Positions 16,643 through 25,436 of a DNA stretch of 64,000 nt are shown here, in pieces. Position 1 is the first letter of the stretch. Every line of letters starts with the position of its first letter. The stretch spans positions 1,399 through 65,398 of the forward strand of contig JAKPQQ010000242.1 of NCBI GenBank assembly GCA_029557215.1. Reading direction: 5' to 3'. The notes beneath the pieces are model-generated. The model had not been told where the DNA came from. It saw only the letters and a program-made list of their open reading frames with translations, and ran no database searches. The DNA comes from Fibrobacterota bacterium (GTDB lineage Bacteria > Fibrobacterota > Fibrobacteria > UBA5070). The position numbers and the translations under genes are program-made.

Positions 16643-18891
16643 GGGTCCTTTGTTGGGCCTTTCCCGACCTTCACCGCCGCATGCTTGTAGGACGGTTCGC
16701 GACTGTGCGGATCGAAGGACGGAAAGGTAAGGACATTGACGCGCCGATCGTGCATGGGAAGGAACACCACGCCTTCGGCCATGTTGGGGGTGGATACCAG
16801 CCTGGCCGTCAAGCTTCCTCGGCGGGAGGCCACCTCGACCATGGAACCGGGCTCCAAGCCCCGCGACGCCGCGTCGTCGGGGTTCATTTCCAGGAACAGT
16901 TCCCGCGGCGACATCGCTTGCAGGATCGCGGATTTTTCGGTCCTGGTTCCGGTGTGCCATTGGGACGAGCTTCCACGTCCGGTGGTCAGGACAAGGTCGT
17001 AGAGGGCGTCCGGCGATTCGCCTGGAGGCCGCGGCGGATCGTACAACAGGCGCGCCTTGCCATCGGGGGTGAAGAACCTCCCGTCCTCGAACAGCCGGCG
17101 CCCCGATCCCTGGCGGGATTCCCGCGAACCTGCGGCATTCTGCGCGCCAGGACGAATTCCGTCCGTGATCGAACCTTCCGGGAAAGGCCACTGGATGCCG
17201 CCCGAGGCGTCGATTTGCGCGTAGTCCCGGATCCCGGTGAAGTCGTGCGGCCGCCCCCTGGACAATTCCCGCATGAGGTGGAACGCCTGTTCCGGGCTGG
17301 ACATCCGCTCCACGAGGTCGCCGCAGCCGGAGGCGACTCCCAGGAGGCGGAAGATCTCGAAGTCGGGCAACGCCTGTCCGGGAGGGCGTTTCACCCGCTT
17401 GGACACCCCGATCCGGCGTTCGGAATTGATCTGCGTTCCTTCCTTCTCGCCCCAGCCAGCCGCGGGCAGGTACAGGTCGGCCACCTCGGCGGTCTCGGTG
17501 GAGTGGTACATGTCCTGCACGACCAGGAAATCGAGCTTCTCGCGAACCTTGCGGAAGGTGTCGGATCCGATCCACGTGTGCTCGGGGTTGGTGGCCACCA
17601 CCCACAGCGCCTTGATCCTGCCTTCCAGCGCGGCGTCCAGGATCTGGTCGTAGGCCAGGCTCGGCGCGACGGGGATGCTCGATTCCGGGATCCCCATGAT
17701 TTCCGACACTTCCTGTCGATGCGCGGGGTTGGCGAAATCGCGCCCCCCCACGAGCCCCGAGGTGTTGGAATACAGCCGCGAGCCCATCGCGTTCATCTGG
17801 CCGGTGATGGAATTGGGGCCGGTGCCGGGCTTGCCGATGTTCCCCGTGACCAGGCACAGGTCCACCAGGGCCTGGGCGGTCCGGACCGCCTCGTGGGACT
17901 GGTTCACGCCCATGGTCCACCAGCAGCTGACGCGCCGTCCGGGACGGAACGCCTGCACCAGGGCCTCGAGATCCTCCGCCGGGATCTTCGCCTGGGACAG
18001 CGCGGATTCGTCGGAAATCGTCGCCACGAAACCGCGCAACCCGTCGAACCCGGAAGTCGAAGCCTCCACGAAGGCTCTGTCCACCCAGCCGCGTTCGATC
18101 ACGTTGCGAAGCACGGCGTAGAGCAGCACCAGGTCGGATTTGGGGGCGATCCGCACGTGCCGGGTGGCCGACTGGGCGGTTTCCGTCCGGCGCGGATCCA
18201 GGACCAGGATCTCGGGCGAGCGGCGGTTGCGCATCACCCTCTCCCACAGGATGGGGTGCGCGATGCACGGGTTGGCCCCCACGAACACCAGCACGTCGGA
18301 CTCTTCGAAATCCTCGTAGCAGAACGGAGGGGCGTCGTACCCGAACGACTGCTTGTAGGCCACGTGCGCGGTCGCCATGCACTGGCGGGTGTTGGAGTCG
18401 GCGTGCACGAACCCCAGCCCGAACTTCCACAGCGCCCCCAGGAGGAACATCTCTTCTGTCGGAATCTGTCCCGTACTCAGGAATGCGGCGGATTCCGGGC
18501 CGTGGACGGACTTCAGGTCGGCGAACGCTCTGGCCATGGTTCCCAACGCCTGCGCCCACCCGATTTCCCGGCGCTCGCCGGTCCGCCTGTCGCGCAGAAG
18601 CGGGACCGTTCCGCGGTCGGGGGAATCCAGGACCGACAGCGCCTCCCAGCCCTTGGGGCAGGCGACGCCCAGGTTGACCGGGTAGGCCGGGTCGGGCGTC
18701 AGGTCGATCGCCCCCTCGCGCCCCAGATGGACGTTGAGGCCGCACCCGGTGGAACAGTATCCGCAGACCGTGGTCGTGGTCGACACCGGGACAAGATCCG
18801 ACGGAACCTGTCCAAGGCCCAGCCCCCCCGGAGCGCGGGCCAATCTGCGCGTGAGCGGACCGTCGAACGAACGGAAGAAGTTCTCGATCAT
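16639..18891 (-). CDS. nasA: Nas/NarB-type molybdopterin (bis-MGD) nitrate reductase catalytic subunit
   Basis: 750 aa. N-terminal FeS motif VCGYCSTGCGLNV...ACPKG. MopB-family core (NSITGQMNAMG, WVVATNP). I see no convincing Tat h-region. Confidence 0.82.
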   Translation of the reverse strand: MIENFFRSFDGPLTRRLARAPGGLGLGQVPSDLVPVSTTTTVCGYCSTGCGLNVHLGREGAIDLTPDPAYPVNLGVACPKGWEALSVLDSPDRGTVPLLRDRRTGERREIGWAQALGTMARAFADLKSVHGPESAAFLSTGQIPTEEMFLLGALWKFGLGFVHADSNTRQCMATAHVAYKQSFGYDAPPFCYEDFEESDVLVFVGANPCIAHPILWERVMRNRRSPEILVLDPRRTETAQSATRHVRIAPKSDLVLLYAVLRNVIERGWVDRAFVEASTSGFDGLRGFVATISDESALSQAKIPAEDLEALVQAFRPGRRVSCWWTMGVNQSHEAVRTAQALVDLCLVTGNIGKPGTGPNSITGQMNAMGSRLYSNTSGLVGGRDFANPAHRQEVSEIMGIPESSIPVAPSLAYDQILDAALEGRIKALWVVATNPEHTWIGSDTFRKVREKLDFLVVQDMYHSTETAEVADLYLPAAGWGEKEGTQINSERRIGVSKRVKRPPGQALPDFEIFRLLGVASGCGDLVERMSSPEQAFHLMRELSRGRPHDFTGIRDYAQIDASGGIQWPFPEGSITDGIRPGAQNAAGSRESRQGSGRRLFEDGRFFTPDGKARLLYDPPRPPGESPDALYDLVLTTGRGSSSQWHTGTRTEKSAILQAMSPRELFLEMNPDDAASRGLEPGSMVEVASRRGSLTARLVSTPNMAEGVVFLPMHDRRVNVLTFPSFDPHSREPSYKHAAVKVGKGPTKDP

Positions 18892-18894
18892 GAC

Positions 18895-20514
18895 CTAGAC
18901 CCCTCCTGGCATGCGGGTGGACGGGCAGGAACGGAAGAACAAGGTCCGTTCCACGAGATCGGACGCCATCCGGAAGACCAGCGCGACCACCAGCCATGCA
19001 GCCACGCCCGTCCAGGAACCGAGCGCCGCGGCGGCCACCGCGAACACGAACAGCACCGCTTGCGCACGCGCCTGGCTCGCCAGGGGGCCGCGCAAGAGTC
19101 TGGCCTGCAGCACAAGGGCGCCCGTGGGCTCGCTTCGCGGTCTGCGATCGGACAGGACCAGGATCGCCTTCGCCACTCCGGCGACGATGCTCGCCACGCC
19201 CATCCAGCGCAGTCCCTGCATCCCCGAAGCGCCCAGCACCACGGCGCCGCCTCCCAGGGTGGTCAAACCGAACCTCCAGGCCGTGGCGGCCCTCGCCCAG
19301 GCGGGGCGCGGAGTGGCCATGTACAGCATGGCAGAACACCCCACGCCGGCGAGCAGGAACGCCGCCGCCAACCCGTTGGCGACGGTCGCGACGGATTCCG
19401 GAATCGGCGCGATCGCCACAGGCACCGAGGCCACGGCCACGAACGGCACCGCCGTCCCCATGGCCAGGACCTCGCGCGAGAACCACGAGCGCCGCCATCC
19501 CAGGAATGCCTTCCAGGCCTTGAGCGGACGCCCCAGATGCAGGGTGCCGATTCCCAACCCCGCCAGGAGTAGCGCTCCGGCGCAAGGACGAGCCCATTCC
19601 CACGGCTGCCAGCCGACGGCGCGACGGAGGATTTCCAGGATCCAGATTCCGGCCGCCCACTGCGTGAGCACCAGCAATACCGCCAGCGGAGCGTGCGCGT
19701 GCTCCGGTCGAAGGACGTCGCGATCGGCCGGACTCGATGCGGGATCTTCCAGGTTCAGGTAGGCGGTGGTGGGGAGCGTGCGCTCCGGCGGGACGATTCC
19801 CGGCAATCGGGTTCCGGCATTCGGATCGGCCTTGAGCGCGTCCTTGTCCACCACCACGATGCGGATCGCGCGGCTCGGGCACGACTGCACGCAGGCCGGG
19901 GCCTCGCCTGCGGCCAGGCGTCCGTGGCACATGTCGCACTTGCGGACGATCCCAAGGGACTCGTTCCATTTGGGGGCGTCGTAGGGGCAGGTCCAGGTGC
20001 AGTACTGGCAGCCCATGCACTGGTCGTCCAAGTGTTTCACGATTCCTGTCAGGTCGTCCTTCTCGTAGGCCAACGTGGGACACCCCGACGCGCATCCCGG
20101 TTCCACGCAATGGTGGCAGGACGAGGTCACGGTGGCGCGACTCTCCTTCCCGACCAGGGTTCCCACCGTCCTCCAGCTCTCGGCCGGGTCCAGACCGTTC
20201 TGGCTGTGGCAGGCGGCCACGCAGGCCTTGCACGAGGAACACTTGTCCAGGTCCACCTCGAAGGCGTACTGGAATCCGGGAGCCGGAGCGGATGCCGGCA
20301 TCAGGTCCCGGTAGAACGGTTCGTGGGCGGGAACCGTGCCGTGTTCGTGCCATCGGGAAAACCGCTCCACGGCGGTCAGGTCGGCGGCGGACTCGATCGA
20401 ACGGGCGATCTGGTCTTCAAGGTCGGCGGCGAACGCGCCCAGGTCGGCTTTCCGCCTCGGGGATGCGATCCCGGAAGCACCGACGGATTCCGTCTCGAGT
20501 GGCATGGTGGGCAT
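18895..20514 (-). CDS. Fusion of a DmsB-like four-cluster ferredoxin domain and a DmsC-like 8-TM membrane anchor
   Basis: Cys motifs are CSSCKACVAAC, CHHCVEPGCASGCP, CMGCQYCTWTCP and CDMC...CVQSCP, followed by ~8 hydrophobic helices. Start chosen at Met 20514, preceded by GAGG. The stop lies 3 nt before the reductase start. Confidence 0.75.
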   Translation of the reverse strand: MPTMPLETESVGASGIASPRRKADLGAFAADLEDQIARSIESAADLTAVERFSRWHEHGTVPAHEPFYRDLMPASAPAPGFQYAFEVDLDKCSSCKACVAACHSQNGLDPAESWRTVGTLVGKESRATVTSSCHHCVEPGCASGCPTLAYEKDDLTGIVKHLDDQCMGCQYCTWTCPYDAPKWNESLGIVRKCDMCHGRLAAGEAPACVQSCPSRAIRIVVVDKDALKADPNAGTRLPGIVPPERTLPTTAYLNLEDPASSPADRDVLRPEHAHAPLAVLLVLTQWAAGIWILEILRRAVGWQPWEWARPCAGALLLAGLGIGTLHLGRPLKAWKAFLGWRRSWFSREVLAMGTAVPFVAVASVPVAIAPIPESVATVANGLAAAFLLAGVGCSAMLYMATPRPAWARAATAWRFGLTTLGGGAVVLGASGMQGLRWMGVASIVAGVAKAILVLSDRRPRSEPTGALVLQARLLRGPLASQARAQAVLFVFAVAAAALGSWTGVAAWLVVALVFRMASDLVERTLFFRSCPSTRMPGGV

Positions 20515-20672
20515 GGAATCCCTCGAAGGGGCTCTTGTGGAGCATCTCCGCTGGGACCCAATCGCTCGGTCGGACCGTTCGCAAATGGGAGGCGATGGAC
20601 GACGTGAGTGCAACTCCCGCGCCAACGATCAATTCATCCTAACGGCGCTTTCGTTCTCCGACACCCCTGGGC

Positions 20673-20687
20673 ATTGGAAATTCCAAT
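20673..20687. promoter_or_regulatory. Perfect 15-bp palindrome ATTGGAAATTCCAAT upstream of the Nas-like unit
   Basis: Read directly in the 200-nt gap between the moaE stop (20715) and the DmsBC-fusion start (20514). It is followed by TTGACAATTCG. Confidence 0.35.
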
Positions 20688-20714
20688 CGCCCTGCCAGTC
20701 TTTGACAATTCGTT

Positions 20715-21203
20715 TCAGTGGCCGTGTCCGTCGGCGAGATGGCCGCCCCCGTGCGAGTGCATATGTCCCTGCGCGCAGCGATCGCAGCGCACCCACTCGG
20801 CGGTGCCGTCGGCGAAGTGTTCCTTCTTCCAGACGGGAAGCGTCGTCTTGATGGAGTCGATGATCCATGAACACGCGTCCAGCGCTTCGCGGCGATGGTC
20901 CGACGAAACCCCGATCCACACCGCGATCCCTCCGATCCCCAGAGGGCCGATCCGGTGGGCGGCGGCGGCCTTGCGCAAACCGAACCTGTCCACGGCCTCG
21001 GCCAAGATCCGCTCCCCTTCCTTCGCGCACAGCGCGGGGTAGGCGTCGTACTCCAAGCGCAGGACCGGCCTCCCCTCGTGGTGGTCGCGCACCCAGCCTT
21101 CGAAGCTCGCGAATCCGCCGGCGCGGCGGTCGAGCACGAACCTCTGCAGGTCCGCCGGAACCAGATCTTCCCTGGACAACCAGAATTTGACGGATTCCGT
21201 CAT
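20715..21203 (-). CDS. moaE: Molybdopterin synthase catalytic subunit MoaE with a His-rich tail
   Basis: MoaE core (FEGWVRDHHEGRPVLRLEYDAYPALC...HRIGPLGIGGIAVWIGVSSDHRREA...PVWKKE). C-terminal tail is CDRCAQGHMHSHGGGHLADGHGH. Confidence 0.88.
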   Translation of the reverse strand: MTESVKFWLSREDLVPADLQRFVLDRRAGGFASFEGWVRDHHEGRPVLRLEYDAYPALCAKEGERILAEAVDRFGLRKAAAAHRIGPLGIGGIAVWIGVSSDHRREALDACSWIIDSIKTTLPVWKKEHFADGTAEWVRCDRCAQGHMHSHGGGHLADGHGH

Positions 21204-21204
21204 A

Positions 21205-21444
21205 TCAGCCTCCCGAAACCGGCGGCAGGAAGACGACCTGGCAACCGTCGCGCAGCGGATCGTCCCACGAGGCGAACGCGTCGTCGACGGCCACCGCGAA
21301 GTTCGCGCGATCCACCCCGAAGGGACGCGTGGAATCCATTTCCTCCCAAAGCTCCGACGGAGTCGAGGCCGATGTCTCGAACGTTTCGGAATCGACGCCG
21401 CGCTTGTCGCGCAGGATCGCGTAGTAGTGGACCGTGGCTTTCAT
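21205..21444 (-). CDS. moaD: Molybdopterin synthase sulfur-carrier subunit MoaD
   Basis: 79 aa from the internal Met (MKATVHYYAILRD...) ending in PPVSGG, the diagnostic C-terminal Gly-Gly. It is adjacent to moaE. Confidence 0.8.
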   Translation of the reverse strand: MKATVHYYAILRDKRGVDSETFETSASTPSELWEEMDSTRPFGVDRANFAVAVDDAFASWDDPLRDGCQVVFLPPVSGG

Positions 21445-22580
21445 GGCGGGACGTCTCCGATCTTCGAGCGGGCCCGGTCGCGGTCTTCGGGCGTGTTGGC
21501 GTTGAACAGCGCATCGGGGGATCGAGGAGCCACCAGTTCCACGCGGCTGTTGATCAGCACCTTGCGCGGACACCGATACCCCAGTCCCAGGAACTGGAGC
21601 GCGCGCAACCGCGACTTCGGCTCCCAGATGGAACACATCGGCTCCGGGAACCGTCCATCGGAATCCAGGAACACCGACGCGAAACGGAACGGATCGCGTC
21701 GCGTGAGCAACGATTCCAGATCGGCACGCTCCAGGTGCGGCAGATCGCACCCCACCACGAACCAAGCCGCGCCGGGATCGAATTCCAAGGCAGACAGGAT
21801 CCCTCCCAGCGGGCCGAATCCCAGATATCGATCTTCCAGGATCCGCGACGACTCCACATCGCGCAACGAATCCTGTCCGGGGGCGCGCGAGACCATGGCG
21901 TCGACCCCCAGAGACCCGAGCATTTCCAGAAGCCATGCCGCCTGGGATCTTCCGTGGTAGCCCACACCCGCCTTGTCGACGCCCATCCGGCTCGAACGCC
22001 CCCCCGCCAGCACCAGTCCACGCACCTTCGGGATCCGTTCGGACCAGAGTCCACGCACGAACACCTCGATGCGATCGATGTCGTCGCGATGGAACACCGG
22101 CAGATCGGTGCGCGGAGCGGACCCGGGGTGCACCAGCCCCACCACGTTGCGGAACCGCCCCGACTCCAACCCCGCCAGAGCCTCGCCGGCGGAGTCCAGC
22201 ACCAGCAGTTTGGGGATCGGCTCGTCGCGGAAGCCTTCCAGGAACACCGCGTCGGATTCAGACAACCGGGTCTTCCATTCGCGAAGCTCCACGCCACCGG
22301 GACCGATCTGCCCGGACAACTCCCCGGAGCGGATCGCGACATCGGCGGCACCGGCGGCGGCCAGACGGAACGTGTCCTTGCCTGGCTTGTCCAGCTCCAC
22401 CCGGTGGGCGTCGCTTTTCAGGTATCCGATCCGCATCGGGGCCAGCCGCGGAACCAACCGCTCCAGCAAGGTCGTCTTCCCCGCGCCGGAAAACCCCGAC
22501 ACGGCCAGTTCGAACGGATGGACCGCGCAGGATTCCATCCAGGACCTGTCGTTGCCGCAGCTCGAGCGCTCCACGGTCAT
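21441..22580 (-). CDS. mobA: MobB-MobA fusion (molybdopterin-guanine dinucleotide biosynthesis)
   Basis: N-terminal MobB P-loop (VSGFSGAGKTTLLERL). C-terminal MobA motif (LVLAGGRSSRMG...GPLGGILSAL...VVGCDLP). The start ATG overlaps the moaA stop (ATGA); an alternative start is at 22538. Confidence 0.8.
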   Translation of the reverse strand: MTVERSSCGNDRSWMESCAVHPFELAVSGFSGAGKTTLLERLVPRLAPMRIGYLKSDAHRVELDKPGKDTFRLAAAGAADVAIRSGELSGQIGPGGVELREWKTRLSESDAVFLEGFRDEPIPKLLVLDSAGEALAGLESGRFRNVVGLVHPGSAPRTDLPVFHRDDIDRIEVFVRGLWSERIPKVRGLVLAGGRSSRMGVDKAGVGYHGRSQAAWLLEMLGSLGVDAMVSRAPGQDSLRDVESSRILEDRYLGFGPLGGILSALEFDPGAAWFVVGCDLPHLERADLESLLTRRDPFRFASVFLDSDGRFPEPMCSIWEPKSRLRALQFLGLGYRCPRKVLINSRVELVAPRSPDALFNANTPEDRDRARSKIGDVPP

Positions 22581-23545
22581 CCTCCGATCGCGTGCATGGG
22601 TTGCGAAATGGACGGAATCCGTCCGATCGGCTTGAGGTCGACCACCTTGCGGACCAGATCGGGAATCGCTTCGTCGGGAACACCGCGGAGATCCAGTCCG
22701 TCCTCCTTGAACAGGCAGGCGCGCAGGCTCCCCTTGGCCGAAAGCCTCAGGCGGCTGCACCCCCCGCAGAATGGGCGCGATTCGCTCGCGATGAACCCGA
22801 GCCGGGCCCCTGCGTCGGAGATCCGCTCGAAGGCGGTGGCGTCGGCGTCCACCGGCACCTCGCGCAGCGGGGATCGCCTCTGGAGACGTTCGATCATCTC
22901 CGAGGCGGGCACGAACCGTTCCTGGAAGAACGCGAGCGCTTCACCGATGCGCATGAGTTCCAGGAACCGGACTTCCAGGCCGTGCTCGGCCGAAAAGTCG
23001 TGGAACGCCTCCAGCTCGTGGTCGTTCCAGCCGCGCATGAGGACCGTGTTGATCTTGACCCGCAGCCCGGCGTCGCGCGCGGCGAAGATCCCTTCCAGGA
23101 CCGACCCCAGGTCGCCTCCGCGGGCGATGCGCCGGAAATTGTCCGGATCCAGGCTGTCCAGGCTCACGTTCGCCCCGCCGAGCCCCGCCTTCGCCAAGGC
23201 CGACGCGTTCCCAGCAAGCTTGAATCCGTTGGTGGTCAGTCCGACGCGCACCCCGGGGATCGAGCAGACCCGTTCAACCACTTCCAGGAACTCGGAGCGC
23301 ACCACCGGCTCGCCACCGGTCAGGCGGATCGAGTCGATCCCGAGCCCCGCCAGATTCCGGGCGATGCGTTCGATTTCCGACGGTGGCATCAAGGATTCGC
23401 CGGAAGAAAAGACCGCGTGCTCGGGCATGCAGTAGCGGCACCGCAGATTGCAGGCGTCGGTGAGCGAGATCCGAAGCTTGCGGATGCGCCGACCGTGCTT
23501 GTCGACCAGGACTTCGGCGGGATTGGAACGGGTGGCGATCACCAT
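22577..23545 (-). CDS. moaA: GTP 3',8-cyclase MoaA (radical SAM)
   Basis: LRISLTDACNLRCRYCMP radical-SAM motif and a C-terminal CGGCSRLRLSAKG cluster motif, ending in GG. 322 aa from Met 23545. Confidence 0.9.
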   Translation of the reverse strand: MVIATRSNPAEVLVDKHGRRIRKLRISLTDACNLRCRYCMPEHAVFSSGESLMPPSEIERIARNLAGLGIDSIRLTGGEPVVRSEFLEVVERVCSIPGVRVGLTTNGFKLAGNASALAKAGLGGANVSLDSLDPDNFRRIARGGDLGSVLEGIFAARDAGLRVKINTVLMRGWNDHELEAFHDFSAEHGLEVRFLELMRIGEALAFFQERFVPASEMIERLQRRSPLREVPVDADATAFERISDAGARLGFIASESRPFCGGCSRLRLSAKGSLRACLFKEDGLDLRGVPDEAIPDLVRKVVDLKPIGRIPSISQPMHAIGG

Positions 23546-24762
23546 GGGAAATACTCCAGCCTGGTCCCGACCGGAACGTCGTCCATCCCGACGCCGACCT
23601 GCACGAATCCGTCGCTTCCCACCAGACCGGCCCAATCGCCCGAACCGTCGACATGGACCGGTCGCGCCCGGAATTCGTCGTCCAGGGCGACAGGCACGAA
23701 CCGGGTCTTCGCCTTGGCGCGCTTGAGTGGGCACGCAAGCTCCACCCGCCTGCCGGAAACGGCCAGGCCCGCCGAACGCTCCAGGAGCGGAACCACGTGG
23801 CGGCGCAGGCAGACCAGCGCGGAGACCGGATTCCCGGGAAGCCCGGCGACCACGCCGCCGGTGGCCAGGACTCCCATCCAGATCGGCCCTCCCGGCTGCT
23901 GGGCGATCCCGTGCAGCAGGTTCCGGACCCCGATCGCCTCGAGGGTGGACGGCACGAGGTCGAACCGGCCCATGGAAACCCCGCCGGAAAGCACGAGCAG
24001 ATCCACGCGCGCCGAAAGTTCGGACAATTCCCGTCCGAGCGAAACGGGTTCGTCGGACAGGTGGAGGACCTCCGGCGCGCCGAACCCGCTTCGTTCCAGG
24101 AGCGCCGCGACGCCCCAGGCGTTGGACTGGCGGATCTGGTGGCCGAGCGGCACCTGGTCGGGCGCCACGAGCTCGTCGCCGGTGGACACCACCGCGATGC
24201 GCCATCCATCCACGACTTCGGGGCGGACCACCCCGACCGAGGCCAAGGCCGCGATCTCGCACGGGCCCAGCCTCGTTCCCGAAGCCACCACCACATCGCC
24301 GGATCGGCGATCCCGCCCCATCCGGTGCACGTTGTCGCCGATGCCGACCGATTCCTGCAGGATCCGCACGCGATCTTCGGAAATCCTTTCGGTGCGTTCC
24401 ACCGCCACCACCGCGTCGCAACCTTCGGGCAGGACGGATCCCGTCATGACCTCCATGCACCCCGAACCCTCGGCCAGGGCCCGACGCGGCTCGCCAGCCT
24501 TGGCGACTCCCCGCACGGCGAGCTCGGCACCGGCGCGGACGTCGCCGGCGCGCAAGGCGTAGCCGTCCATGCAGACCCGGTCGAACGGCGGCGAAGGGCG
24601 GTCGGAACGCGCATCCCGTGCCAGGATCCGTCCGTGCGCCAGGGACAGCGGCACCGCGAGCGGGCGCGCCGGCAACGAGATGGAAGCCAACCTGCGATCG
24701 GCTTCTTCGATCGCGATCCCTCCGCTCCGACCCGGTCCTCCCGACAGGAACGCGTTCGACAT
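23539..24762 (-). CDS. moeA: Molybdopterin molybdenumtransferase MoeA
   Basis: MoeA pattern (PPFDRVCMDGYALR, EVMTGSVLPEGCDAVV, VSTGDELV, LVLSGGVSMGRFD, GLPGNPVSAL). 407 aa from Met 24762. Confidence 0.88.
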   Translation of the reverse strand: MSNAFLSGGPGRSGGIAIEEADRRLASISLPARPLAVPLSLAHGRILARDARSDRPSPPFDRVCMDGYALRAGDVRAGAELAVRGVAKAGEPRRALAEGSGCMEVMTGSVLPEGCDAVVAVERTERISEDRVRILQESVGIGDNVHRMGRDRRSGDVVVASGTRLGPCEIAALASVGVVRPEVVDGWRIAVVSTGDELVAPDQVPLGHQIRQSNAWGVAALLERSGFGAPEVLHLSDEPVSLGRELSELSARVDLLVLSGGVSMGRFDLVPSTLEAIGVRNLLHGIAQQPGGPIWMGVLATGGVVAGLPGNPVSALVCLRRHVVPLLERSAGLAVSGRRVELACPLKRAKAKTRFVPVALDDEFRARPVHVDGSGDWAGLVGSDGFVQVGVGMDDVPVGTRLEYFPW

Positions 24763-24929
24763 CTTCGACCTTTTCCGAGCATCGAGTTCGACGAATCCCA
24801 GCGGCGGCGATCCGGACGGACCGATCTGTCGCGCAGCTGCACTTCGTGTGCCTATGCTGGCAAATCTACCCGATCTTCGCCGATCCGGCACTCCACGAAT
24901 CGCGATCTCCATGTTGTAGCTTGTCGGCG

Positions 24930-25403
24930 ATGAACGATCTGACCCATGTCGACCCCTCCGGACAACCCACCATGGTGGACGTGGGGGGCCGTCCCGAAAC
25001 CCGCCGCGAGGCCTCCGCGCAGGCCTTGGTCCGCCTTCCTCCCGAGGTCCTGGGGATCGCGCGCGACGGCGAGATCTTCGCGCCCAAGGGCCCCGTGTTC
25101 GCCACGGCGATCGTGGCCGGCACCCAGGCCGCCAAGCGCACGTCCGACCTGATCCCCTTCTGCCACCCCCTGGCGATCGAGAAGATCAAGATCGGCATCC
25201 GGCTGGAACGAACCGACGCGATCGTGGAATGCACCGTCGCCTGCACTTCGCGCACGGGCGTGGAAATGGAGGCCTTGACCGGCGCGAGCGTGGCGGCGCT
25301 CACGATCTACGACATGTGCAAGGCGCTCAGCCTGGGCATGGAGATCCGCGAGGTGAAGCTCCTGGAAAAATCGGGCGGGCGCAGGAATTACCAGGGGCGT
25401 TGA
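24930..25403 (+). CDS. moaC: Cyclic pyranopterin monophosphate synthase MoaC
   Basis: MNDLTHVDPSGQPTMVDVGGRPET...DLIPFCHPL...GVEMEALTGASVAALTIYDMCKA is the typical MoaC sequence. It is divergent from moeA. Confidence 0.9.
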   Translation: MNDLTHVDPSGQPTMVDVGGRPETRREASAQALVRLPPEVLGIARDGEIFAPKGPVFATAIVAGTQAAKRTSDLIPFCHPLAIEKIKIGIRLERTDAIVECTVACTSRTGVEMEALTGASVAALTIYDMCKALSLGMEIREVKLLEKSGGRRNYQGR

Positions 25404-25436
25404 TCCAGGCCCGCCCCGATCGATCGCCCCCGACGG

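Noticed and set aside
15656-20353. 1565-aa ORF spanning nasS, nasA and the DmsBC-fusion region
   Set aside because: Only its last 328 codons (the NasS-like gene) look like protein. The rest is Arg/Gly/Pro-rich and overlaps, out of frame, two ORFs with clear Mo-enzyme and Fe-S motifs.
21935-24562. 875-aa plus-strand ORF across the moaA/moeA region
   Set aside because: Low-complexity Arg/Pro/Ser/Thr composition. It is antisense to genes with clear MoaA, MobBA and MoeA motifs.
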